From Candidatus Acidiferrales bacterium (lineage in GTDB: Bacteria; Acidobacteriota; Terriglobia; Acidiferrales; UBA7541), in assembly GCA_031296075.1 (NCBI GenBank), contig JARLGK010000046.1:13274-77273 (forward strand): a stretch of 64,000 nt of DNA, read 5' to 3'. The translations under genes and the position numbers were made by a program. Each line of letters starts with the position of its first letter. The stretch's first letter is position 1. The notes beneath the pieces were generated by a model. The model was not told the DNA's origin. It worked only from the letters and a program-made list of their open reading frames with translations, and did no database searches. Shown in pieces: positions 26,527 through 34,614 of the stretch.

Positions 26527-26608
26527 GAAAACCTCCCCGGTATTTTTAGGGATGCTGCGCCGGGTGGCAGCCATCCTCGACGATGGGAAAACTATAGTAC
26601 AGCCGCAA

Positions 26609-27355
26609 CTACCTGTAAACAAGCACTGTACCGGAAACGTCCAAACCGGCAACCATCGGCTGATGGTGCTCCAGAGCGGCGGAACTCGACGTCTGCACAT
26701 CACTGTGACGCATTTGCCACATTGCCACTAACATCCCCACCAATTCGTGCGCGAAGATTTTGACTCCCAATCTGGAACGCCACCAATTGCCGGGATCGAA
26801 GTCGGAGTCGCGTGCGGCCACCACGCGAAGGACGGTCCCGGGCGGGAACGTTCTCTCGCAGATGTATCGCGACCGGCGCGTGTGAAAGTTCGATGTGACC
26901 AGAATAATTCGCTTCCAGCCACGGGAGGATATGAGCTGGCTGATTGCGACGGCCTCTTCGCGCGTGTCTTCCGCGCGATGGTCGAGCCGGACGATTGCGG
27001 TTGCGGGAACGCCATGGTCGGTGAGATCGCGCGCCTCAAGTTCGGCAATGCTCGCGTATGGGCGCAGGTACCGACCGCTCGCCACAACTCGTGGCGCCCA
27101 CCCGGCCTTGAGGAGATCGGCGGCGCGCGCAGCGCGGTCGCCGCCGTAGTTGTCGTCGCCCAGTATCACGATGGCGTCGGAGGCCATCGGGCCTTCGTCC
27201 ACGGTCCAGAAACTCCCAGCCATCCGCATCAGCGGATGGCGCGCGAGATAGACAAGAAAAATCAGGAATAGAAAGCCCAGCAAGAACAAAAGACGAAAGA
27301 AAATTCCGCCGCGCTGCGATGCCCGAGGACGGTAGGTGCGTGGAAGGGCCGGCAT
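26609..27355 (-). CDS. DUF218 / YdcF-ElyC-SanA family envelope protein
   Basis: N-terminal TM FFRLLFLLGFLFLIFLVYL. AIVILGDDNYGGDRAARAADLLKAGWAPRVVASG.. and ILVTSNFHTRRS blocks. The ATG shares one nt with the TAA of the upstream gene (TAATG). Confidence 0.75.
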   Translation of the reverse strand: MPALPRTYRPRASQRGGIFFRLLFLLGFLFLIFLVYLARHPLMRMAGSFWTVDEGPMASDAIVILGDDNYGGDRAARAADLLKAGWAPRVVASGRYLRPYASIAELEARDLTDHGVPATAIVRLDHRAEDTREEAVAISQLISSRGWKRIILVTSNFHTRRSRYICERTFPPGTVLRVVAARDSDFDPGNWWRSRLGVKIFAHELVGMLVAMWQMRHSDVQTSSSAALEHHQPMVAGLDVSGTVLVYR

Positions 27356-28335
27356 TACTTCCCAGGGTCAAGCTGACGCAGGCGTTCGGCGGCCTGCTCC
27401 GGCAGCGTGCCATTGAAATAGACTTCCTTGATGCTGTAGGACTTGCTGCGAGTCTCGACGATTGGCAGGATTTCGATGTGCCAATGATAGTCGCCCGCAA
27501 TGGTCGCCCAGTAGTCGCTCAGCTCGCCCTTGGTCTGCAGGGTATTCGGCGCGGTGTGCAGGACCATATGGTAGCTGCCGCTGATCTGCAACAGGCGGCG
27601 CAGAGTGCGGCCGAGCAGGGTCGCCAGGTCCCGGCGCTTTTCACCGGGCGAAGCAACCTCGAACTGGTGGGAATGAGTCCGCGGGATCAGCCAGGTCTCG
27701 TAGGGAACGCGGGAAGCGTAGGGACAAACCGCGTAGTAATCGCCCACGCTATCCACAATGCGCTTCTTCTGGCGAATTTCCTGCCTGAGGATGTCGCAGA
27801 AAACACAACGGTCGCGGTCGCGGTACCATTCGCGCGCGGAACGAAGCTCGTAAAGAATGCGGCGCGGCACGAATGTAGTAGCGGAAAGCTGCGAGTGCGA
27901 ATGCGGCCACTCCTCCCCGGCCGCCGGCCCTTGATTCTTGAAGACGGCCACGTACTTGAAGCGGGCGTCGCGCTTCAAGTCCTCGATCCGCAACGCATAG
28001 GCCTCCAGCACGCGTTCGATCTCTTCGTCCGTTAGCTGTGTCAAGGTGCGCGAGTGGACCGGCGTCTCGACGATGATTTCATGCGCCCCGATCGCGGCCA
28101 TGCGATCGAAGATTCCGTCGGCGTTGCGCGCGGGGTCGCCCTCGATGCGGTACAGCGGACGAAAATGCGGATACGCGCGAACCTGCCAATTTCCACGAGC
28201 CGGCAATTCCAGCAGCACGCGCGCATTGAGGCGGTTTTCGGGACACAAGGGGCAGGGCTCGGCCCGCTCCTTTTCCCGCTCCGGATGTCCGACCACAACC
28301 CAGCTGCGCGTGATGGGGTCTTTGCGAAGTTCCAT
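27355..28335 (-). CDS. Galactose-1-phosphate uridylyltransferase-family (HIT superfamily) nucleotidyltransferase
   Basis: CPLCPEN zinc motif, WPHSHSQL (H-x-H-x-Q active-site motif), second half-domain YHWHIEILP. Exact substrate (UDP-hexose vs ADP-glucose phosphorylase type) not assignable. Confidence 0.82.
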   Translation of the reverse strand: MELRKDPITRSWVVVGHPEREKERAEPCPLCPENRLNARVLLELPARGNWQVRAYPHFRPLYRIEGDPARNADGIFDRMAAIGAHEIIVETPVHSRTLTQLTDEEIERVLEAYALRIEDLKRDARFKYVAVFKNQGPAAGEEWPHSHSQLSATTFVPRRILYELRSAREWYRDRDRCVFCDILRQEIRQKKRIVDSVGDYYAVCPYASRVPYETWLIPRTHSHQFEVASPGEKRRDLATLLGRTLRRLLQISGSYHMVLHTAPNTLQTKGELSDYWATIAGDYHWHIEILPIVETRSKSYSIKEVYFNGTLPEQAAERLRQLDPGK

Positions 28336-28528
28336 TGGTCCCTATGCGGACAACGTGGAAGTCATCTTATAACGAAGCCTCGCCGGACGACAAAGACAAC
28401 CGCGCGGCCGCAGTGGGCCGGATTGAAAAACCCAGCCGTAATCAGCGAGCGCTGGTCCGGTTCGCGCGTCTATCAGGCATGCGGATTGAAGCGTCCGAAA
28501 GTACGGTCTGATCGCGTCGAGTTCCGAA

Positions 28529-29254
28529 CTACTCGTTCAGGATTACGCTGCGGAGGCCACTGTGGACTGTCATTTCTCTGCTGTTGTAATCGATAAAGCC
28601 AAGCTTCCTGAACTTATTCATGAAGAGATTAATCCGCGACCGGGTTGTGCCGACCATTTGTGCCAAGTTTTCATGATTGATCCCGGGAACTACAGTTTCG
28701 GTCTTGCTCTCCTTGTTAAAATGGGACAGCAACAGGAGAATCCGAGCCAGGCGCTTCTCGGTAGAGTTGAAAAGCTGGTCGACGAGATCCGCTTCGTATC
28801 GGATGTTGCGGGAAAGCAGATGAGTGACAAATAATTCCGCGAGCCCCTGCTCTTCGTGGAGCATTCGTGCCATGATGGGCTTCTCAACCCTGATAAGAGT
28901 GCAATCTCCCACTGAAATAGCCGTTGCCATGCGCAACGGCTGACCTGCCAGGCATCCTTCACCGAAAAATTCACCGGAGCCCAGAGTGCCGACAATCGCT
29001 TCCTTGCCTTCGAAGGATGTAACCGCGAGCTTCACCTTGCCCCGTAGGAGAAAGAGCACGGAATCCGCAGGCGCTCCTTGCACGAAGATGCTGTCCTCCG
29101 CACCGTATTCTAAAACGGTTTTCCCCTTGGAGATTCCTGTCAGGAGGGTTTCCCAATCGGCAGTCGGGCGTTTCTTGTCCGCTGCAACGGGCGCGTTCTT
29201 CTTATCCACGGGCAAGCTCTTCCTCCGAGCCATAACGACCGTATTTCCCATCAC
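28529..29254 (-). CDS. Crp/Fnr-family transcriptional regulator (cNMP-binding domain + HTH)
   Basis: IFVQGAPADSVLFLLRGKVKLAV..GKEAIVGTLGSGEFFGEGCL cNMP-binding barrel. C-terminal ENLAQMVGTTRSRINLFMNKFRKLGFI HTH. Start is GTG 29254 or ATG 29251, and both overlap the kaiB stop (GTGATG). Confidence 0.88.
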   Translation of the reverse strand: MMGNTVVMARRKSLPVDKKNAPVAADKKRPTADWETLLTGISKGKTVLEYGAEDSIFVQGAPADSVLFLLRGKVKLAVTSFEGKEAIVGTLGSGEFFGEGCLAGQPLRMATAISVGDCTLIRVEKPIMARMLHEEQGLAELFVTHLLSRNIRYEADLVDQLFNSTEKRLARILLLLSHFNKESKTETVVPGINHENLAQMVGTTRSRINLFMNKFRKLGFIDYNSREMTVHSGLRSVILNE

Positions 29255-29619
29255 TCCCGTATTTTCAGGTCCAGTCCGAAGAGCACTTTGTTTTGGTCCG
29301 ACAGGTCCCCAATGAGCCTTCGCAGCGGGCGCGGGAGCCGTTTAATGAGCGTGGGCACCGCCACAATCTGCTCGTCTCTGGCCAGATTCGCCTGCAGACA
29401 AATGTCGATGATTTCCAGGTCATACCGACCATTCAAGTGCTGCTCACAAACCTGCTTGATATTCTCTACAGCCAGCGTTGATTTCAACGTGGATCCGTTT
29501 ATGTACAAACGCAAGACGTACTTTACCTCGAGAGAATGGGAGCCAGGCCGCTCCATTTCTCCGGGTGATATGGGTTTTCGCTTTCCCGCCGAGCGGGTCT
29601 TTTTCGTGGACTTTTTCAC
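29251..29619 (-). CDS. kaiB: KaiB-family protein (copy 2 in operon order) with 30-aa basic N-terminal extension
   Basis: [84 protein letters not shown] aligns by eye along its length with cyanobacterial KaiB (LKLYVAG.TP.S..A..L..I.., ATPTLAK.LP.PVRRIIGDLSD.EKVLIGLDL). Confidence 0.9.
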   Translation of the reverse strand: MKKSTKKTRSAGKRKPISPGEMERPGSHSLEVKYVLRLYINGSTLKSTLAVENIKQVCEQHLNGRYDLEIIDICLQANLARDEQIVAVPTLIKRLPRPLRRLIGDLSDQNKVLFGLDLKIRE

Positions 29620-29639
29620 GTGGACCTTTCTGAGCTTGG

Positions 29640-29975
29640 TCAGACTACCGGTTGCAGCGCCAAGCCAATCAACGTCCGCTCGGTATTGGACAGGTCTCCA
29701 ATGATCTTTCGGACAGGCCCCGGAAGATCTCTTACCAGGGTCGGAACTGCTACGATCTGGTCGCCGCGCGCCATATCGGGATTCTCCAAAATATCTATCA
29801 CTTCGATCCGGTAGCAGCCCTTCAAGTGTTTTTCACACAGCACCTTGAGGTTGGCAAAGGCGCGAATCGATTTGGGAGTCTGGCCCGCGACGTAGAGCCG
29901 CAGCTTCCAAAATTCCGGTTTCGGGGGCGTCGATTTGCGAGGCCGCGCCGGAGTTTTTGTCTTGGTTTTCGACAT
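29640..29975 (-). CDS. kaiB: KaiB-family protein (copy 1 in operon order) with 20-aa basic N-terminal extension
   Basis: [85 protein letters not shown]. The ATG directly abuts the kaiC TAA (TAAATG). Confidence 0.92.
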   Translation of the reverse strand: MSKTKTKTPARPRKSTPPKPEFWKLRLYVAGQTPKSIRAFANLKVLCEKHLKGCYRIEVIDILENPDMARGDQIVAVPTLVRDLPGPVRKIIGDLSNTERTLIGLALQPVV

Positions 29976-31733
29976 TTAGCGTTTCCGCGCGGCTGGCGTG
30001 CCCCCCACCTTCTTGTAGGCGGAGGTGTCCGCTTCCCGGCTCCGCACCATCTGCCCGCGGTCCTGCAACACTTCCTCGGCGAGCAATTTCGATTCGGAGA
30101 TGCTCTGTTGAATTGTTTCTTCCTCCACTTCAAACTCTGCCCTGAGCATGGTCATGCGGGCCTCAAAAATCTGGCGCTTGCGCTCGAGTTCGCGTCGGCG
30201 GGTCTCCTGTTCTTGCTGGCGGAACGTGACCACTGCTTTCTCGCGCATTTCCTGCGACACCCGGGCGGAACCGGTCAGCACGCCCTCCGGTCCGAGGTAT
30301 ACATCCAGCATTCGGAGGCCGTCGTTGGTGAGCACGAATTCGCGAATCTGGTTGGAATGCTCCATGCCTCGCGATTTCAGCACGTAGAGTGCGCGGTTCC
30401 GCTCTCCTCCGACCTCGATGGCTTTCAGCAGGAGCCAGGTGTCCATCAGGGAGGAGACGTCCGCCTCGCTGGCTTCCAGGGAGCCGCCTGCCGCGGTCAA
30501 ACTGGTGAAAATCGCGGTGATCTCCTTGGTCTTCAGAAAATCGACCAGCCGCGTGAGCATGGACCGCACTTCGTTCAGCGTGCTGACCATGAGCAGATTG
30601 GTAATCGGGTCCACCACCACGATGCTGGGCTGGAAGCTGGAGATGTGTTTGTGGGTCACGAGCAGGACTTCTTCGATCCCCCCGTAGGTGGGACGCGCCG
30701 CATGAAATTGCAGGAGCCCTTTGCGGACCCATGGCTCGAGATCGATGCCGATCGAACGCATATTGCGGACGACCTGCCGGGGTGATTCCTCGAACGCGAA
30801 ATACAAACAGCGCTCGCCGCGGCGGCAGGCCGCATCCACGAAATGTGCCGCCACGCTGGTTTTACCGGTTCCGGAGGTGCCAGAGAGCAGAATGCTGCTG
30901 CCCTGATAAAAGCCCTTGCCGCCCATCATGCCATCCAACCGGTCAATGCCAGTCGAGACTCGTATGGCGGACGCCGCATGGTCCAGGCCCAGCGAGGAGA
31001 TCGGCAGGACTGAAATGCCGTGTTCGTCGATGAGGAACGGATACTCGTTCGTACCGTGGGTCGATCCCCGATACTTAACGACGCGCAGGCGACGGGTCGA
31101 GATCTCCTCCCGGATACGATGGTCCAGGACGATCACGCAGTCTGAGACGAACTCCTCGATGCCGTGCCGGGTCAGCTTGTCCGGCCGGTCCCGCTCGGCG
31201 GTAATGACCGTGGTCAATTTTTTTTGCTTCAGCCAGTCGAACAGGCGGCGGATTTCGGCGCGCAGGATACCTGGGTTTGGCATCTCGCCGAAGAGCGCTT
31301 CAATGGTGTCCAGGACGATTCGCCGCGCCCCGACTCTCTGGACAGCGTCGGCAATTCGAATGAAGAGGCCATCGAGGTCATACTCCCCGGTTTCCGCAAT
31401 CTCACTTCGCGAGATGTGCACGTGGTCCAGGAAGAGCTTCTTCTCTGCCACCAGGCGGTCCAGGTCGAAACCCAGTGAAGCGGCGTTTTGGGTCAGGTCC
31501 GGGATCGTTTCCTCGAACGACATGAACACGCCGGGTTCGTTGTATTGCGTGGCACCGCGAACCAGGAATTCCAGTCCGAACAGTGTCTTTCCGGAACCGG
31601 CACCTCCACTGACAAGAGTGGGACGCCCGTTTGGCAACCCTCCCCCCGTGATTTCGTCCAACCCCTGGATTCCGGTAGACGCTTTCGGCAGCGTTTTGGA
31701 AGATGGTTGCCTTGCTTTCTGCTTTTGTGTCAT
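29976..31733 (-). CDS. kaiC: KaiC (double RecA-like domain circadian-clock-family ATPase/autokinase) with extended charged C-terminus
   Basis: GIQGLDEITGGGLPNGRPTLVSGGAGSGKT (CI Walker A), VFMSFEET. GIDRLDGMMGGKGFYQGSSILLSGTSGTGKT (CII Walker A), LYFAFEES. EADVSSLMDTWLLLKAIEVGGERNRALYVLKSRGMEHSNQIREF matches the phosphosite/CII region. 585 aa versus about 520 aa for cyanobacterial KaiC. Confidence 0.93.
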   Translation of the reverse strand: MTQKQKARQPSSKTLPKASTGIQGLDEITGGGLPNGRPTLVSGGAGSGKTLFGLEFLVRGATQYNEPGVFMSFEETIPDLTQNAASLGFDLDRLVAEKKLFLDHVHISRSEIAETGEYDLDGLFIRIADAVQRVGARRIVLDTIEALFGEMPNPGILRAEIRRLFDWLKQKKLTTVITAERDRPDKLTRHGIEEFVSDCVIVLDHRIREEISTRRLRVVKYRGSTHGTNEYPFLIDEHGISVLPISSLGLDHAASAIRVSTGIDRLDGMMGGKGFYQGSSILLSGTSGTGKTSVAAHFVDAACRRGERCLYFAFEESPRQVVRNMRSIGIDLEPWVRKGLLQFHAARPTYGGIEEVLLVTHKHISSFQPSIVVVDPITNLLMVSTLNEVRSMLTRLVDFLKTKEITAIFTSLTAAGGSLEASEADVSSLMDTWLLLKAIEVGGERNRALYVLKSRGMEHSNQIREFVLTNDGLRMLDVYLGPEGVLTGSARVSQEMREKAVVTFRQQEQETRRRELERKRQIFEARMTMLRAEFEVEEETIQQSISESKLLAEEVLQDRGQMVRSREADTSAYKKVGGTPAARKR

Positions 31734-31846
31734 TTGTTTTGTCCTGGCCCGGGCGATCTACGGCGGGTTGGCAATGGCGTCATGGCCCCTCCTCGCGGGT
31801 CGCCCTTATCGAAGGCGGTCCAAAGGGGCCACTCGGTCCCTTCATA

Positions 31847-31870
31847 GACTGCTTTTCTAGAAAAGCAGTC
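31847..31870. promoter_or_regulatory. Perfect 24-bp palindrome GACTGCTTTTCTAGAAAAGCAGTC upstream of kaiC (candidate operator or hairpin)
   Basis: Read directly. 12+12 nt with no mismatches, centred about 125 bp upstream of the kaiC ATG (31733). Function not demonstrated. Confidence 0.4.
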
Positions 31871-32295
31871 GTAGATTATGCAAGACTTTACCAGGATACG
31901 CTAGCGCCTTACCATGCACGCCGCTGAAGAGGAAGCGGACGCAACAGCAGTTTGGCGGTTCTTCGCTTAACCGGTACCAATCGCCCAACGGCTAGATTTA
32001 TTTCTTCTTCGCGTGCGGACATTGCTATGCGCGGCTTCGCCATTTCCTTCTTGACGCTGGCAAGTGTCGCGTTGCCGGGTTCTTTCTTCACTTTATTATG
32101 TAACATTGGGCCATCGTGACATCGAGATGCAATCAATGCAGTCCCATTTCGCACAGTTCCGAAACATACGGGCTGCTGCAATGACGTACTAACTCCTGGT
32201 AAGTCGGATTATCAGAGAAATAAAATCCAGTCGCGGTCCTACGTCCATGTGCCCGCCGATAGCTCACCGATTCTGCATCCGAGGCCCTTTCAGGA

Positions 32296-33066
32296 TTACT
32301 TGGGGGGATCTAGCTTGAGCGCAATTTCCAAGTTGGCGCTGGAAGAAAGTTCGCCCATTTGATATTTCACGTCCTGCCAAATCATGGTGGATCGACCGAT
32401 GACTCGAACCTTGGCTGTAGCTTCTGAGGAGGTTTGCAGCCACATGGGGCCGACATAGCCATACAGCAGGACGATGCGCGCGTCCGTTACCCACCAGGAG
32501 GGGTTCTGTGTAGGCTCACCCTCGATGCGCAGTGGTAGGTAACTGTGGGCATCCACCCAAATGGACCCGCGGAGTAGGTTCCTGGATTTTCGCTTGGGTA
32601 CCAGGTCGAGCATATAGCAGCGTTGGCCGTTAATCTCATCTTCGCGCACGAACCGGAAATCATAGTTTTCGCGAGTAATGTCGCTCGGGCGGGAGTCTTT
32701 TGCAAACGCCACCTCAGCGTCCAGTATTTTGCGGACGATTTTCTCTTCCAAGAGAGCTCTGTTAGGATTTTCAATCGTGTATTTCTTAGAGTCCGGAGTC
32801 GCGACGGACATCTCGGCGATCAAGCGGGACCTTACCTGATCTTGATTATTGCCCCTAAAGAGCTTGTAGTCGCGCGTCACTCTATACGGGCGAAAGTGAG
32901 TGCGATTTTCACCCTCGGCCTGCGTCATTTGAGCAATGATTTCTGCGTTTGTCGGAATCTGCCTCTGCGTCTGAGCCGAGACGCATGTCACAGCCATGCA
33001 ATAGACGAAAATCGAGCACGCTAATTGCGCCCTGGAAGTCACTTTGAAACTCCGCTTAGCACTCAC
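32296..33066 (-). CDS. LolA-like outer-membrane lipoprotein-sorting-protein family protein (secreted)
   Basis: Signal CSIFVYCMAVTCVSAQ. ENYDFRFVREDEINGQRCYMLDLVPKRKSRNLLRGSIWVDAHSYLPLRIEG fits the LolA_like pattern (Y.F.L.GEE.V.G..CY.L.L.PK....L..G.IW.D..TYLP). Lower GC than surroundings. Confidence 0.55.
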   Translation of the reverse strand: MSAKRSFKVTSRAQLACSIFVYCMAVTCVSAQTQRQIPTNAEIIAQMTQAEGENRTHFRPYRVTRDYKLFRGNNQDQVRSRLIAEMSVATPDSKKYTIENPNRALLEEKIVRKILDAEVAFAKDSRPSDITRENYDFRFVREDEINGQRCYMLDLVPKRKSRNLLRGSIWVDAHSYLPLRIEGEPTQNPSWWVTDARIVLLYGYVGPMWLQTSSEATAKVRVIGRSTMIWQDVKYQMGELSSSANLEIALKLDPPK

Positions 33067-33653
33067 GAAAGGTCGATCTTACTCGGACTAGTTGGGTCCG
33101 TCTGTTCTGTTTGATGCACCCAGGCATTCGACGCAGGCTAACTCCTGATAAGCCCTGCGAGCTCAATGGGGCAATGCAACACCATCCAACCAGTTGATCC
33201 GACAAGACTTCCCTTAGAGAACCGATCTGTCCGGCTGTACTCAATCAGAACTAAACAGGGTCGTGTTCCGTTTGAATCAACGCTCGCGAACAACTTTAGA
33301 CTTTGAGAGTCCTGCAAGTAGACTTCGAGCTAGTGTTGCGTCGACCCATTGAGACCGCCGCTTTAATCGGAGATTGAGGCGCAATTCTGCGGCAAAACAA
33401 CAATCATACGAGAGCTCATCTCATTTCTTTTGGGCGGGGGGAATTGTCACATTCACTTTTCGAGATATAAGAAGCCGTGACCGAGGTTTTGGCGCCTCGG
33501 TTCGGCCGATCCTCCGGCGTCGCGGGTCGAGACAAACCCGCACCTGCCCAGCGCCGCCCACGCTTTCTCTGTTCGTCGCAACGCCAGGAATATCTAAGAC
33601 GTCACGCGGCCGAGATTCCCCGGACGGAGCGAACCCAAGTGTGAAACGGTTTG

Positions 33654-34088
33654 CTACTTTGCCTGCAACGACTCCAAATACTTATTCATGTTCGAGATCC
33701 GCAAAGTAACGATGTCTTCATGTCCTCCGCTCATGGCGTGGAACACGGGGCCCCAGACAGGCATTTCCTGATCGCCATGTGCCGCGAGTGTCTCCTGACC
33801 TCGTAGGATACTTGCCACCCTCGGGCCAGGATATTTCCCATTGTTCCGCTTGGCGAGAGTCGTCAGGTCGGATGGAGCTGACTTCAACGCGGTGGCAGCT
33901 GGGCCGTCACCTTTGCCGTCCTTACCGTGGCACGCAGCGCAGTAGCTCTTGTACATTTCGCTGCCCGAAGCCGCCGATGTTGCCGGAGCCGCTTCGTGCT
34001 TGATTTCTGTGCTCGATTGTTGCGCGATGGAACAGAGCGCGACTGCTGCAAGGAGCCCAGGTACGCAAAGTTTGTGAAACGTGTTCAT
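33654..34088 (-). CDS. Class I c-type cytochrome (monohaem), secreted
   Basis: Signal MNTFHKLCVPGLLAAVALCSIAQ. Haem motif CAACHG followed by KDGKGDGPAA. A distal Met (EMPVWG) is a plausible sixth ligand. Confidence 0.82.
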   Translation of the reverse strand: MNTFHKLCVPGLLAAVALCSIAQQSSTEIKHEAAPATSAASGSEMYKSYCAACHGKDGKGDGPAATALKSAPSDLTTLAKRNNGKYPGPRVASILRGQETLAAHGDQEMPVWGPVFHAMSGGHEDIVTLRISNMNKYLESLQAK

Positions 34089-34614
34089 GATTTTCTCCTT
34101 TCATTGCAACCATTCTCCGGGGTCAAATCATGTCAATCGCCCTGCGATAATGGTCTTCGCCAACGAGTAACGCAGTAAATAAGTATCACATTTCTGCAAA
34201 CAACCGCAGAACAATGCTGCGACAGGTCATGCTCGGCTCCTTCCTCCCGAGCCTTTGGTCGTCAAGCAACCACAGTCTATTCGGGCCGAGGGAGCCGACA
34301 TTGTTATGAAATCAAGTGCTCCATCAACGTCCAGACAAAGAAACAGGGCCTGACAAGCGGCGCTTCCTCTGCGCGCCTCGCAAATTTACCCACTGGCCCG
34401 CGCAGGCGCCGGGCGGCAACATGAAAAAAACTTGCGTTCGCTAGCGAAACGGATAAGTTTCTAGCTTACACTGCGCACGAACCGCCGTCGGGCGGTGTGC
34501 CACGGGGGCATCGAAACTGGGTGGCGACATCGATCGGGAGAGTTTTTGAGCACGCTTTCTGCCCGCGCTTCCACAACTGCGACTGACGGCATAGGAATTC
34601 CCCGCGTACGGAAG

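Noticed and set aside
31781-31783. Upstream ATG with GAGGAGG RBS that might extend KaiC N-terminally.
   Set aside because: It is 50 nt upstream of the annotated ATG and therefore out of frame with kaiC.
28529-31900. Search for kaiA, sasA/cikA or rpaA next to kaiBC.
   Set aside because: No ORF in or around the operon has a KaiA-like, histidine-kinase (H-box/N-G1-G2) or OmpR-type signature. The only receiver domain in the window (60818..61534) is 29 kb away and fused to PilZ.
31909-32181. 90-codon ORF between the kaiC leader and the LolA-like gene.
   Set aside because: It has a TTG start, no RBS at it or at the internal Met, Arg/Lys-rich low-information sequence, and no motif. It is kept only as part of the unexplained low-GC patch.
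34089-34614. Riboswitch (glycine/lysine-type) in the long leader of the APC amino-acid permease.
   Set aside because: I could not find the conserved cores of any riboswitch class I know by eye. For example, there is no GGAGAG...CACCG/CTCTGGAGAG glycine pattern and no lysine L-box helices. It remains an unexplained leader, not a call.
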